A stretch of 64,000 nucleotides of DNA from Gemmatimonadota bacterium (GTDB lineage: Bacteria; Gemmatimonadota; Gemmatimonadetes; Palauibacterales; KS3-K002), in assembly GCA_039588015.1 (NCBI GenBank), contig JBDHAS010000023.1:6868-70867 (forward strand). The letters run 5' to 3'. Each line of letters begins with the position of its first letter. The first letter of the stretch is position 1. The position numbers were made by a program, and so were the translations under genes. Positions 28,412-38,489 of the stretch are shown here, one piece after another. The notes under the pieces were generated by a model. That model was not told the origin of the DNA, did no database searches, and worked only from the letters and a program-made list of their open reading frames with translations.

Positions 28412-30241
28412 TCAACTCGAAACAGCATTGGGCGCCGAGTCTGGTTCGGAATCAGCCGACGGTCTCACGATGGCCAACACCCGGTAGCCGGCGTCGGGTT
28501 CGGGCGGGTCGATCACCGTGAAGGTCGTCAGCTTCCCTTTCTCTCCGATCAGGAACAGCGGGATCTGGTCCTTGTAGCGTTGCTTGAATGTTTGGAAATC
28601 AAATGCTTCCGTCAAATTCGTGGTCTTCACCTCGGCACCGGCATCGAATCGTGCCGTCATGTGCCAGTAGGTGGCGCGCGCGTCGAACAGGAAACGCCCG
28701 CGCAGGTGCCGGGAGACTACTTGTTTCGATGACGCTGCGAGCTGTTCGGGGGGCAACTGGTAGACGTTAGCGTCGCCAAGAATCTCGCTGAAGTGGAGGG
28801 CGGTCAGCGAGTTCACCTCATCGTTCGATGTCAGCGCCAGCAGACGGCCGATTCCTTCCAGCTCGATCGAGTCCAACGCCGCTTCGGTTAGTGCACTCCC
28901 GTAGTAGACGGGTAGTCCTTCCATTCGTGCATCGGCGATGTTCCTGTAATTGGTGTCTACCAGGCGCACCGTGATGCCCTCGTCTTGCAGTTCGCTCGCT
29001 ATGGCGCGTGCCCAGGGGTGCGCTCCGACTATAAGGACCCCTTGCGGATCCACTTGAGCGACACCCAGCAGACGAGCCAGGGGTCCGGCACTCAGCCCGT
29101 AGATCGTGACTGTAGAGATGATCACCAAGAACGTTATGGAAACGAGCCGGTCGGCTCCGGGGTAACCCGCGGACGCGAGTTCCAGGGCGAATATGGACGC
29201 AACTGCCGCCGCCACGATCCCGCGCGGAGCGATCCAGGACAAGAGGATTCGCTCGCGGCGATTGAACTCGGAGCCTAGCGTCGAAAGCCAGACTACCACG
29301 GGACGAACGACCAGGATCAGCGCTGCCAAGAATGCGAGCTCGCGAATCCCCAGTCCGCTCAGGTCATCAAGGTGCAGGCGGGCTGCCAGTAGGATAAACA
29401 AGCTCGATATGAGCAGGACCCGCAGGTTTTCCTTGAATTCGATGATGTGCTTGACATCGACCCGCTTCTGATTGGCTAGTGCGACCCCCATCAACGTGGC
29501 TGTTAGTAGCCCCGACTCCGGCTGGAACACGTTCGATGCCGCGAAGGCGGCCACTACGACCGTCAGCGACAGCGGGCTCTGAAGGAAGTCGGGCACCCAC
29601 TGACGATCGATCAGCAGGACCAGCAGTCCGGCGCCGATCGCTGCGGCGACGACCCCGACGGCGACAGTTCGCCCGAGGCCGAGAATCGCCACCGCCGTTC
29701 CTGCTTCCAAGTCTCCTACCAGTACCGCCTCGAAGACCAAGACGGCCAACACCGCACCGATCGGATCTATCAGGATCCCTTCCCACTTCAACGTTGATGC
29801 GACCTGACGTACCGGTCGGACGTGACGGAGAAGTGGGATGATGACGGTCGGGCCCGTTACCACCAGGATGGCCCCAAGCAGAAGGGCGGGAGCGATGCCC
29901 GCCCCGAGGACGTAGTAGGCAGCGGCGGAGCCGAGTAGCCACGATGCTAGCGCGCCGATCGTCACCAGGTTGCGCACCACTCCACCGATTTCGCGGAGGT
30001 CTTGCAGACGCAGGCTAGCCCCTCCCTCGAACAGGATGATGGCGACAGAGATCGAGACGATCGGGAATAGTAGGTCGCCCATCACCAGGTCAGGGTCCAG
30101 GAAGCCGCTAATGGGCCCGGCGAGAAAGCCAAATAGAAGCAGTACCAGGATGGAGGGCAGATGTATCCGCCACGCCAGCCACTCGGCGGCAATGCCCAGT
30201 GTGACGATGCTGGCGACGGCAATCAGCAGATGCTCGGTCAA
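28412..30241 (-). CDS. CPA1-family Na+/H+ (cation/proton) antiporter with C-terminal RCK/TrkA-like domains (NhaP2/CvrA-like)
   Basis: 609-aa ORF. About 400 aa are polytopic Na_H_Exchanger-like. A soluble domain with VLIVGAHPWARAIASELQDEG (Rossmann-like) follows. Confidence 0.85.
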   Translation of the reverse strand: MTEHLLIAVASIVTLGIAAEWLAWRIHLPSILVLLLFGFLAGPISGFLDPDLVMGDLLFPIVSISVAIILFEGGASLRLQDLREIGGVVRNLVTIGALASWLLGSAAAYYVLGAGIAPALLLGAILVVTGPTVIIPLLRHVRPVRQVASTLKWEGILIDPIGAVLAVLVFEAVLVGDLEAGTAVAILGLGRTVAVGVVAAAIGAGLLVLLIDRQWVPDFLQSPLSLTVVVAAFAASNVFQPESGLLTATLMGVALANQKRVDVKHIIEFKENLRVLLISSLFILLAARLHLDDLSGLGIRELAFLAALILVVRPVVVWLSTLGSEFNRRERILLSWIAPRGIVAAAVASIFALELASAGYPGADRLVSITFLVIISTVTIYGLSAGPLARLLGVAQVDPQGVLIVGAHPWARAIASELQDEGITVRLVDTNYRNIADARMEGLPVYYGSALTEAALDSIELEGIGRLLALTSNDEVNSLTALHFSEILGDANVYQLPPEQLAASSKQVVSRHLRGRFLFDARATYWHMTARFDAGAEVKTTNLTEAFDFQTFKQRYKDQIPLFLIGEKGKLTTFTVIDPPEPDAGYRVLAIVRPSADSEPDSAPNAVSS

Positions 30242-30591
30242 AGGTTATGGGCTCCTGACCAGGGTCATCGGTTCCGCACGGAGACGGGGCGCCTGCTAGC
30301 GTATGGCGGTGCCGGTGAATCCGTCAAGGTGGCGGCTTTGTGCAAGTTGGGCATGGGCGGGCCGGCCTGTCCATCTGCCGTTTTGGCATGTTCGGAGAAC
30401 ATATGGTGGGCCCGCGATACCCGGCCGTGTAACTCTATATGTAGCAGTTTCTTATAGTTGCGGCCACTCCCCAGGTTCGGCATAGCGTTTGCATTCTGTT
30501 CGGGCACGCTGAAGAGAATTGCGCGCGGGCGCGGACGCTGGAAAAGGAACGCGATCGCGTGATGTAAAGACGAAAGAGGAGGATAGTAACG

Positions 30592-31053
30592 ATGCTGAAC
30601 GGTGCTTTCTTGCGGGGTTACCCGGTCAGTCGGTTGAGCGGCGAGGTCGAGCGAGCCTTTGACCATGCGTTCGGGGGCTTCCCGCTCGGGCGTGGCGGCG
30701 GTGTGTGGCCCGTAAGCGTGGGTCGGTCTTTTCCGTTGGTGAACGTTTGGGATGCAGGGGAGAAGCTGCACGTGGAGGCAGAGGTCCCCGGCCTGAAGTT
30801 GGACGACCTCGAGATCCTCATTCGTGGCTCGGAACTGACCATTCAGGGAGAGAGGAAAAAACCAGATCAGGAGGATGTGACGTACCATCGCCGCGAGCGA
30901 GGTGCCGGTTCGTTCTGCAGCAAGGTCGAGCTTCCGGTCGAGATCGACGTCGACAATGTGGAGGCGACGCTGGATAACGGAGTGTTGACGCTCGTGATGC
31001 CGAAAGCGTCGAGCGCGCTTCCGCGCAAGATCGAGGTGAAGGTGAAGAAGTGA
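30592..31053 (+). CDS. Hsp20/alpha-crystallin family small heat-shock protein
   Basis: 153-aa ORF with a GAGGAGGA Shine-Dalgarno. The alpha-crystallin core is VNVWDAGEKLHVEAEVPGLKLDDLEILIRGSELTIQGER...NGVLTLVMPK. Confidence 0.9.
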   Translation: MLNGAFLRGYPVSRLSGEVERAFDHAFGGFPLGRGGGVWPVSVGRSFPLVNVWDAGEKLHVEAEVPGLKLDDLEILIRGSELTIQGERKKPDQEDVTYHRRERGAGSFCSKVELPVEIDVDNVEATLDNGVLTLVMPKASSALPRKIEVKVKK

Positions 31054-31122
31054 AGATCACGAGCTGACGAACCGGTGTAACCGAAGTCGGCTGTAACAAG
31101 ATGAACGGAGGAGTGAACGGAT

Positions 31123-31524
31123 ATGAACACGGAAACTGCTGTCGAGAAGCGAGCCGAAGGCGAGGTCACTCAACACGAGGCTATGCGCGGCGGACCGCGC
31201 TACCGGCCGTCGGTCGACATCGTCGAGTTTCCCGGGGAGCTCCGGGTCATGGCGGACGTGCCCGGTGCGAATCCGGAGAGCATCGACATCAACTTCGAGA
31301 AGGGTGTGTTGACCATTCATGCGAAGGTCGAGCCGCGCCACTCCCAGGAAAGCGATTATCTACTGAGGGAGTATGCCGTCGGCGACTACTACCGCGTCTT
31401 CACGGTGAGCGAGAATATCGATGCCCGGCGCATCAGCGCCGAGTATGCCGATGGCGTGTTGACGCTGCATGTGCCGAAGTCAGAAGAAGTGCAGCCGCGC
31501 AAGATCGAGCTGCGCGAGAACTGA
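31123..31524 (+). CDS. Hsp20/alpha-crystallin family small heat-shock protein (second copy)
   Basis: 133-aa ORF with a GGAGGAG Shine-Dalgarno. The core is VDIVEFPGELRVMADVPGANPESIDINFEKGVLTIHAKV...DGVLTLHVPK. Confidence 0.9.
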   Translation: MNTETAVEKRAEGEVTQHEAMRGGPRYRPSVDIVEFPGELRVMADVPGANPESIDINFEKGVLTIHAKVEPRHSQESDYLLREYAVGDYYRVFTVSENIDARRISAEYADGVLTLHVPKSEEVQPRKIELREN

Positions 31525-31576
31525 GTTCCAATTTCGCTAAAGAAGTTATACCGCGTTAGAGACGCGAAGCGGTAGG

Positions 31577-31612
31577 AAAAGCCGCCCAGTCCGCCGGACC
31601 GGGCGGCTTTTT
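31577..31612. terminator. Bidirectional rho-independent terminator between convergent genes
   Basis: The element reads aaaa-GCCGCCC...GGGCGGC-ttttt. The stem spans 31581-31607 and the T-run spans 31608-31612, with an A-run on the other side. It lies between the hsp20 stop (31524) and the minus-strand stop (31620). Confidence 0.75.
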
Positions 31613-31619
31613 GTAGCAG

Positions 31620-32129
31620 CTAGTCGTACCAGCGTGACGCCGTTTCGCTGGTGGCACTGTCGGCATCTTGCACGCTGTCGGCCGGGATCTGCGGAAAGCC
31701 TGCGCTGTCGGCCGGGATGTCGGCCTCCTCTTCCGCGCCCTGCGGCATTGCGGCCAAGTCTGGCTTGCCCACCCAGGTGATCCTCGGGTCTTGAAGAAAC
31801 GGTTCGTAGCCCGGGATCTCTAGCCGCACGGGGTCTCCGACTTCAACGAGCAGGTCGATCTTGTCGACGTCTTTCTCGAAGGTGCCCAGAATGGCACCCT
31901 CTGGAGTCACGATGGTAAGCAGAAGCATATCGCCGTTCCGTTGCTTCGCGGCGACAGGTCCCTCCACGGACTCTCGCTTTCCGCCGACAGCCTCTGGCAA
32001 GCGCGAGCCCAAGAACGGCTGGGCGACCAGGACGAGTGCGACGCCGAGCACCAGGCCGACGAAGAACACGATTATGCCTTTGCGGCTGCGCTTGCCGCTT
32101 GAACCTTCCATGGGATCCATCTCAGTCAT
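31620..32129 (-). CDS. Hypothetical membrane-anchored protein
   Basis: 169-aa ORF. It has one N-terminal TM (IIVFFVGLVLGVALVLVAQ) and an acidic C-terminus with an internal IPADS duplication. No family recognised. Confidence 0.55.
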   Translation of the reverse strand: MTEMDPMEGSSGKRSRKGIIVFFVGLVLGVALVLVAQPFLGSRLPEAVGGKRESVEGPVAAKQRNGDMLLLTIVTPEGAILGTFEKDVDKIDLLVEVGDPVRLEIPGYEPFLQDPRITWVGKPDLAAMPQGAEEEADIPADSAGFPQIPADSVQDADSATSETASRWYD

Positions 32130-32450
32130 TGCTGCAATCCATCGGCTAGAACTCGGTGAGCGACAGCGCTCGCCTTGCGATCAGTCGGGCATGTGTCCCA
32201 GTACCTGCCAGAATCGGGCAGGTTCCGTGCCGGATTCTAGGATCGTCGCGGCAGGAGAGGACAACGTCTGCCAGGAGGAATCTGAGCCCTGAAGACCGGC
32301 TAGAGCGCGACCCAGCCTCAACACCAATCTATCAAAGCGGGGGCAACTTGGAAGAAACTCGGCGTTGGGCCTATATTGCCAGGTCCTCGGCCAATCGTTT
32401 GCTCGCTGGCAGCCGGGTGGATCGCGTTAGGGTGTGCCGTGTCAGCCCCG

Positions 32451-33374
32451 CTAGGTAGCCGCGCTGCGGTTGCGCGCGGCTAATGGCTCGGCTGGTGGTC
32501 GTCGCGCTACCAGCCAGATGCCAACAAACAGGCAGACGGCTGCGATCCCCATGGTCCGACTCAACTGCTCGCCGAATACGATCCAGCTGGCGAGGCCGGT
32601 CACGAAGGGCTGCGCGTATATGTAGACGGCGGTCGTAGTCGCGCGGACCCGAGCCAGCGCGAACATGTTGAGCAGGTAGGCAAGGGTCGTCGGGAACAGG
32701 ATGATGTAGAGCAACGACAGCCAGGCGCCGCTGTTGCCCGCGTCGGCAAGTAGCTTCTCCCCCGCCATGAAGTAAGGAAGGTACGGTAGCGCGAGGATGT
32801 AGACCCAAGCGATAACGACGAGAGCTGGATAACGGCTTACGAGCCGCTTCGAGACCACCAGGTACGATGCATAGGACAACCCGTTCAATACCATCAGTAG
32901 GTTGCCGAAACCGTAGCCTCTGACCAGGCCTCCTCCCTGCCCCACCAGCAGCAGCGCCGCACCCGCCAGTGCGATGAGGACTCCGGTTCCCCGTTTCAGA
33001 CTGAGACGCTCCTGCTTTACCGCGGCTGCGACAGCAAAGGTGAAGACCGGAATCAGCGTCATCACCAGGCCGGCGTTCATCGGTGTGGAGCGCGCCAGAC
33101 CCTCCAGGAACAGTCCTTGATTGAGGGCGACGCCCAGCAAACCGCAGGCGAGGAAGCGGGGTAGGTCCTCGCGCCGGGGTAGGGCTTGTCTCCCATATAC
33201 CGAGAGAGACAGAGCGCCGAGCGCCACCGCGCCGGCGGCGATCCTCCAGCTACCGACGCCAAGCGGCGAAAACCCACCCGGCGCGAAGGCAAGGGTACCG
33301 AAGATGGGGAAGAGGCCGAAGAACACTTGCACCGCGACAAGCGCGGCGTGCCCTGCGACGACGCGTCTGGCCAT
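32451..33374 (-). CDS. DMT-superfamily transporter (EamA/RhaT type)
   Basis: 307-aa ORF of about 10 TM with the two-EamA-repeat layout. Confidence 0.8.
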   Translation of the reverse strand: MARRVVAGHAALVAVQVFFGLFPIFGTLAFAPGGFSPLGVGSWRIAAGAVALGALSLSVYGRQALPRREDLPRFLACGLLGVALNQGLFLEGLARSTPMNAGLVMTLIPVFTFAVAAAVKQERLSLKRGTGVLIALAGAALLLVGQGGGLVRGYGFGNLLMVLNGLSYASYLVVSKRLVSRYPALVVIAWVYILALPYLPYFMAGEKLLADAGNSGAWLSLLYIILFPTTLAYLLNMFALARVRATTTAVYIYAQPFVTGLASWIVFGEQLSRTMGIAAVCLFVGIWLVARRPPAEPLAARNRSAAT

Positions 33375-33395
33375 GCCTTTTGTCGTGTGCGCGCT

Positions 33396-35993
33396 CTAAG
33401 GTGCGCTTGGCCCCACTACGACGGCGTTAAGGAACAGGCGGTCGGTGCCGCGACAATAGGCTCGGAAGTTCAGATCTTCGGCGAAAGCGATTACCCTTCC
33501 GCCGCCCACGCGTTCTTCGTAAGCGTATACCGCGCCTGGCATTCGCTCCAGGCTCTCCGCCCAGGCGTGGCCTGACAACTTCATCGCCTCGGAAGCGTAC
33601 AGGCCGACGCCGCGCTGCCGCGAGGATGGCGGTCCGTCCGGCATGAGGTATATGCGGCCGGATGTCACCAGCGCCGGCAGCTGTTTGACGTCGTATCCCG
33701 CGGACAACCAGTTGTGCTCGTTGAGGCCAACATTGAAGATCGCGCCCGGCACCGAGAAGCCGCGGGCGTCTTCGTTCTCTTCCTCGTCGTACCAGGAACG
33801 CAACTCGATCAGCTCGAGCTGTTCGCGCGCGAAATCGGTCGCCGAACCGATGGTTACGAGCGTTCCACCCTCGCGGACCCAGGTCTTTATACGCTCGACT
33901 CCTCTTTCACCGAGCGTCTCGGCGAGCGCCGAACCGCTGGTCGCGGGGATGACAAGCGCGTTGAAGCGATCGAGTGGCGTGCCCGCGACGGAACTAGCGC
34001 GCAGCACCGTCACGGGTATCTCGTACTGCCGGTCGAGCGTGTACCACGCCCAGCCGAATGAGTAGCCCTGAATCGGATTCTCGCCGAGGATGGCGATCTC
34101 GGGGGTCTGAACCATGAACGTGGCGTCTCCGGAACCGAGGGTAGGGTAGCCTGGCTCGGAGAAGCCGGTGTTCGTACCGCCGACTTGCAGGCTGTAGTAT
34201 TCGGCGATCGCCCGGATCGCATCGTGGATGCTCTCATCGTTCTGTCCCAATCGGACGATCACGGTGCCGCTGGAGTACGGTCGCCCCTCGATTCGCGTCG
34301 GTTCCTCTAGGAAAGAGGCACGATAGCCCTTTGCCTTCAGGTGATAGAGCGCGGCGACCGACGCCGCCTGGCTCCCATCGATCAAGTAGGCATAGCCGGG
34401 GCGGCTTGCTGGCAGCGATGCGGGGACCTTAACGGCCTCGGCCAGTCGCTGAGTCGGAATCGAGCCGCCGGCAGTGGTACTGTACCCGCCGACGTTGAAC
34501 AGCAGCGGCAGCGACCAGGCGGTGATGTCGTAGAAACGTGGGCTCTCAGCCCGGTCAATTCGCGCGCGCGCCTCGCGCAGGAAATCCTCCGGGGTTGGGA
34601 CCTCGGGCTCGAGCAACATGCGGACTAACCGGTTGCGGGGCTGGGCGGCTTCAATCACATAGGTGCCGGCAGGGAACTCTCGCGAGCCCACGCTCGTGCC
34701 GTCACGATCGATGACGCTGCCCAGCCGAGCCGGCTCGGTCAGCACGTCGACCTCGATGCCATTCCGCATCAGCATATTGACCAGTTCGGCGACGTGTAGC
34801 GGGTCACCCTCGGGCGCGATCAAGTAGCGCCGAATACCCTGCCGACCGTCGGCGATGTCCTCAACGTGCGATTCATAATATTCGCGGAGTAGCGCATCTC
34901 GATTCTCGACGGACGTGCGTGCCGCGGTCCAGGCGGCGACGTATTGCTGTTCGAGCGCATCGGCGAGTGTGCGCACCGTATCGTCCGGACGCTCGAGCGC
35001 GAGACCGCGGCTAGAACCCTGCTCGTACAACATCCCGACGGCGCCCTGGTAGTCTCCCATCGAGGTGGTATAGCCGGGGTAGAAGTAGTCGAAGCGCTCG
35101 CGGGTCATGTACTCGAAGCCGGCGGAGTCGAATGCGGTGGCATAAGCCCGGCTGAAGATGTCGAACCAGCGCTTCGAGTGCTCGGGGAAGAATGGCGCAT
35201 ACGGATCCGTGCCCGGGTCGAAGAAGAACTCCACATCGGAGCCCATTTCGTGCATATCGATCACGATCTGCGGCCGCCAGGCGAGAATCGTCGGCAGTCG
35301 CGCCTGCGTCTCGCGCTGGGTGTGCGCGAACCAGTCGCGGTTCGTGTCGAAGTAGTAATGCCCCGTCCTGAACTTCAGGCCCTGCCAGCGATTGAAATCG
35401 TTCGCCCAGTCTTCGCCCTTGGGATTGGGCTTCCTGCCGAGGTTCTCGTGGTTCAGGTGCGCGAAGGCGTCGCGCCCATCCGGGTTCAGCATCGGGTCGA
35501 TGAGGATGACCGCGTGTCGCAGCACCTCCATGGTGGCTGCATCGTCTCGCGTCGTGAGGTGGTCCAGAAGCTTCAGTACGCCTTCGGCGCCCGATAGCTC
35601 GAAGCCGTGGATGGATCCGCCGTACCACATGATCACCGGTTGCTCGGCCATGAGCTGCGCTGCCTCGTCCGGTGATGTGACGCGCGGATCGACAAGTCGG
35701 TTCGCCGCCTCCCGGATCGCTTCCAGACGGGCGTGGTTCTCCGGCGCGGTCACTATCGCGACCAGCAGCTTACGTCCCTCCCAGCTTTCCCCTTGCTCCA
35801 CCACGCGCACCCGATCCGAGACTTCTGCAAGCGTCTTCAGGTACAGGACGGCCTCGTGGTGCTGCGTAACCCGCTCGCCGAAGTCATGGCCGGTGACGTC
35901 GGCGAAGCTTGGGGTCTGAGCTGAGGCTTTCGAGTCGAAGGCTGCGCCCGCGCAGAGGGCAGCGATGGCGACGATGACGAAGCGCTTGCTCAT
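33396..35993 (-). CDS. M14-family zinc carboxypeptidase, large secreted form
   Basis: 865-aa ORF with a signal peptide. The zinc-binding context is WYGGSIHGFELSGAEG with DMHEMG downstream. The long C-terminal extension (ThuA/amidotransferase-like) is as in large bacterial M14 proteins. Confidence 0.8.
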   Translation of the reverse strand: MSKRFVIVAIAALCAGAAFDSKASAQTPSFADVTGHDFGERVTQHHEAVLYLKTLAEVSDRVRVVEQGESWEGRKLLVAIVTAPENHARLEAIREAANRLVDPRVTSPDEAAQLMAEQPVIMWYGGSIHGFELSGAEGVLKLLDHLTTRDDAATMEVLRHAVILIDPMLNPDGRDAFAHLNHENLGRKPNPKGEDWANDFNRWQGLKFRTGHYYFDTNRDWFAHTQRETQARLPTILAWRPQIVIDMHEMGSDVEFFFDPGTDPYAPFFPEHSKRWFDIFSRAYATAFDSAGFEYMTRERFDYFYPGYTTSMGDYQGAVGMLYEQGSSRGLALERPDDTVRTLADALEQQYVAAWTAARTSVENRDALLREYYESHVEDIADGRQGIRRYLIAPEGDPLHVAELVNMLMRNGIEVDVLTEPARLGSVIDRDGTSVGSREFPAGTYVIEAAQPRNRLVRMLLEPEVPTPEDFLREARARIDRAESPRFYDITAWSLPLLFNVGGYSTTAGGSIPTQRLAEAVKVPASLPASRPGYAYLIDGSQAASVAALYHLKAKGYRASFLEEPTRIEGRPYSSGTVIVRLGQNDESIHDAIRAIAEYYSLQVGGTNTGFSEPGYPTLGSGDATFMVQTPEIAILGENPIQGYSFGWAWYTLDRQYEIPVTVLRASSVAGTPLDRFNALVIPATSGSALAETLGERGVERIKTWVREGGTLVTIGSATDFAREQLELIELRSWYDEEENEDARGFSVPGAIFNVGLNEHNWLSAGYDVKQLPALVTSGRIYLMPDGPPSSRQRGVGLYASEAMKLSGHAWAESLERMPGAVYAYEERVGGGRVIAFAEDLNFRAYCRGTDRLFLNAVVVGPSAP

Positions 35994-36289
35994 GAGGGGA
36001 CTCCGTGTTCTCTGGTTTTGGGCGTTCTTCCGCCGGCGCCAGCGTGCTGGTTAGGTCGCTCGTTGGTCCTTGCGGAGTTGGTCGGGGTCGGCAAGGCGAT
36101 TCTAGGACAACGTCGGTGACTGCGCCAGCCCGACCAAGAAGCCGTCTAGCCGTGGGATAGGCGACCGTTCGTTGGTGCCTCTTGAGGCCTCGGGACCTAT
36201 AGACTGCAACCCGTGAGTGGCTGCAGCCTCGACATGACTTCCCGCCCGGGCTAATCTGATGTTCTCGGATCTCAGCCTGTAATCCTGAC

Positions 36290-38383
36290 ATGGAGGGCAA
36301 GATGCGTTTCCATCGCGTACTGCTGCTGAGTCTCCTCTGCGGCGCGGCGCTGATTCTCCCGGCCGGTTCCGCTGCGCAGGAGACCCCGTCGGACACGCTT
36401 CTGACGGTGGGGCACTTTCTCGACCTGGAGACGGTAGGCGACCCGCAGCTGTCACCGGATGGGTCCCGGATCGTTTACACGCGCAGTTGGGTCAACAAGC
36501 TGGAGGACACGTGGCAGTCGGACCTGTGGATCATGAACGCCGATGGGTCGAAGAACCGCTTTCTGGTGAAGGGTGCTAGCGCGCGCTGGTCGCCGGACGG
36601 GACGCGCATAGCCTACGTGGCAGAAGGTGAGCCCGAAGGGACGCAGATCTTCGTTCGCTGGATGGATGCTGAGGGTGCGATATCACAAGTGACGCGCGTC
36701 ACGAAGGCGCCCGGCAACATCAAATGGTCGCCCGACGGTGCATCGATCTCGTTCACTATGATTGTTCCCGCCAAGCCGAAGAAAGAGTGGAGCATCGATG
36801 TTCCTCCCGCGCCCGAGGGTGCGAAATGGACCAAGCCTCCGCGCATCGTAGAGCGCATGCACTATCGGGCCGATCGCAGGGGCTTTCTCGATGACGGCTA
36901 CACACACCTGTTCGTCGTATCGGCGGACGGCGGTACGCCCAGGCAGCTAACTCGGGGTGAATGGAACGTCGGCGCGCGGACGTACGGGATTCCCTTTGGC
37001 GTTGGGTACGATTGGACTCCGGACGGGGCGGCAATCGTCTTCGATGGGCTCATGGACGAGGATTGGGATCTGCGTTACCGCGAGTCCCATCTCTACGCGA
37101 TCAACGTCGATACACGGGAGACCAGACAGATCACCAGCGAAAAAGGCCCGTGGTCCGGACCCGTGGTTTCGCCGGACGGACAGAGGATCGCCTTCGCCGG
37201 TTTCGAGTGGACGGAGCAGACGTACAAAGCCTCGGAATTGTACGTGGTCGGCATCGACGGCAATGGTATGCACCAGATCTCTGGGGAACTGGATCGCGAC
37301 CCGCAAAGCCTCCGTTGGGCGCGCGATGGAAAAGGCGTGTACTTCACGGTGGGCGATCTCGGAACTCAGAACATTTACTACGCCACTACCGGTGGCGATG
37401 TACGTCAAGTGACCGAAGGCGTGCATATGCTGTCCGTCAGCTCGATAGCTGGAAACACAGCGGCGGGGGTGAGTCGGGGATTCCACGAGCCCGGCGATGT
37501 CGTCACAGTGGATTTACGGCGACCGCAACGGATCACTCGCCTGACGGCCGTCAACGAAGATTTGCTGATGGACAAGCGGCTGGGTGAGGTGGAGGAAGTC
37601 TGGTACAACTCGGCGGACGGCACGCGCGTGCAGGGTTGGCTGGTGAAGCCGCCCTCATTCGATCCGGCGAAGAGGTATCCGCTGATCCTGCATATCCATG
37701 GCGGCCCTCACGCCATGTACAACGTCGCGTTCAACTATTCCTTTCAGAACCTGGCCGCCAACGGCTATCTCGTGCTGTACACGAATCCGCGCGGGAGCAC
37801 CGGCTACGGCACAGAATTCGGTAACGCGATCGACGACGCCTATCCGAGCGTGGACTACGAGGACTTGATGGCTGGGGTCGACGCAATAGTGGAGCGCGGC
37901 TATGTGGACACGGAGAGCATGTTCGCGACAGGGGTCAGCGGAGGCGGTGTACTATCGAGCTGGATCGTCGGCCATACGGACCGGTTCGCGGCTGCGGCCG
38001 TACGAGCGCCGGTAATCAACTGGATCAGTTTCGCCGGGAACGCGGACATCACCAATTGGGGCTACCACCGCTTCTACGGCTATTTCTGGGATAACCCTGA
38101 CAAGTGGCTCGAGCATTCGCCGTTGATGCACGTCGAGAACGTGAAGACGCCGACGTTGCTTATGACCGGCGAACTCGACCTGCGTACCCCGATGGGCCAG
38201 ACGGAGGAGTTTTATCAGGCGCTCAAGGCGCTGGGTGTTCCGACTGCGATGATTCGGTTCAACGCCGAATACCACGGGACTGGGTCGAAGCCCTCGAACT
38301 ACATGCGTACGCAACTCTATCTCATGAAGTGGTTTGGCAGGTACTCGGCGGGCAAGTCTGTGGCGGCAAGGGAAGAGACCTGA
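36290..38383 (+). CDS. S9-family serine peptidase (acylaminoacyl-peptidase/prolyl oligopeptidase type) with N-terminal TolB-like beta-propeller
   Basis: 697-aa ORF. Propeller repeats are SPDGSRIVY, SPDGTRIAY, SPDGASISF and SPDGQRIAF. The nucleophile elbow is GVSGGG, with a late EYHG His region. An alternative start is the ATG at 36302 behind GGAGGG. Confidence 0.85.
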   Translation: MEGKMRFHRVLLLSLLCGAALILPAGSAAQETPSDTLLTVGHFLDLETVGDPQLSPDGSRIVYTRSWVNKLEDTWQSDLWIMNADGSKNRFLVKGASARWSPDGTRIAYVAEGEPEGTQIFVRWMDAEGAISQVTRVTKAPGNIKWSPDGASISFTMIVPAKPKKEWSIDVPPAPEGAKWTKPPRIVERMHYRADRRGFLDDGYTHLFVVSADGGTPRQLTRGEWNVGARTYGIPFGVGYDWTPDGAAIVFDGLMDEDWDLRYRESHLYAINVDTRETRQITSEKGPWSGPVVSPDGQRIAFAGFEWTEQTYKASELYVVGIDGNGMHQISGELDRDPQSLRWARDGKGVYFTVGDLGTQNIYYATTGGDVRQVTEGVHMLSVSSIAGNTAAGVSRGFHEPGDVVTVDLRRPQRITRLTAVNEDLLMDKRLGEVEEVWYNSADGTRVQGWLVKPPSFDPAKRYPLILHIHGGPHAMYNVAFNYSFQNLAANGYLVLYTNPRGSTGYGTEFGNAIDDAYPSVDYEDLMAGVDAIVERGYVDTESMFATGVSGGGVLSSWIVGHTDRFAAAAVRAPVINWISFAGNADITNWGYHRFYGYFWDNPDKWLEHSPLMHVENVKTPTLLMTGELDLRTPMGQTEEFYQALKALGVPTAMIRFNAEYHGTGSKPSNYMRTQLYLMKWFGRYSAGKSVAAREET

Positions 38384-38489
38384 ATCGAGTCCCGCCCGCG
38401 GTCTAGACTGAATGAGCGATCCGATCGGCCTGGCTGGATCACCGGTTAGTTCGAATTTCTCGGTCCCTGTTTGGGAGGCAAGGCAACTC

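Noticed and set aside
28389-28415. TTG start at 28415 for the fdsGB fusion, abutting the nhaP stop
   Set aside because: The ATG at 28388, with a G-rich stretch upstream, gives MRLIGELYSLQEERGYL, which matches where NuoE/FdsG-like domains normally begin. The extra 9 residues have no support.
30451-30476. Sigma-32-like heat-shock promoter upstream of the first hsp20 (CTTATA ... CCCCAGGT)
   Set aside because: Only a partial match to CTTGAA-N13-15-CCCCATNT, with a 12-nt spacer. The consensus comes from Proteobacteria and may not apply here. No CIRCE or ROSE-like element is evident either.
32130-32450. 321-nt non-coding gap with two GC-rich hairpins (about 32153-32172 and ACCTGCC/GGCAGGT at about 32201-32222) as a possible sRNA or RNA gene
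   Set aside because: I could not match it to the hallmarks of tRNA, tmRNA, RNase P, SRP or 6S RNA. There is no U-tract or promoter that I can defend. It most likely holds the terminator and promoter signals of the flanking minus-strand genes.
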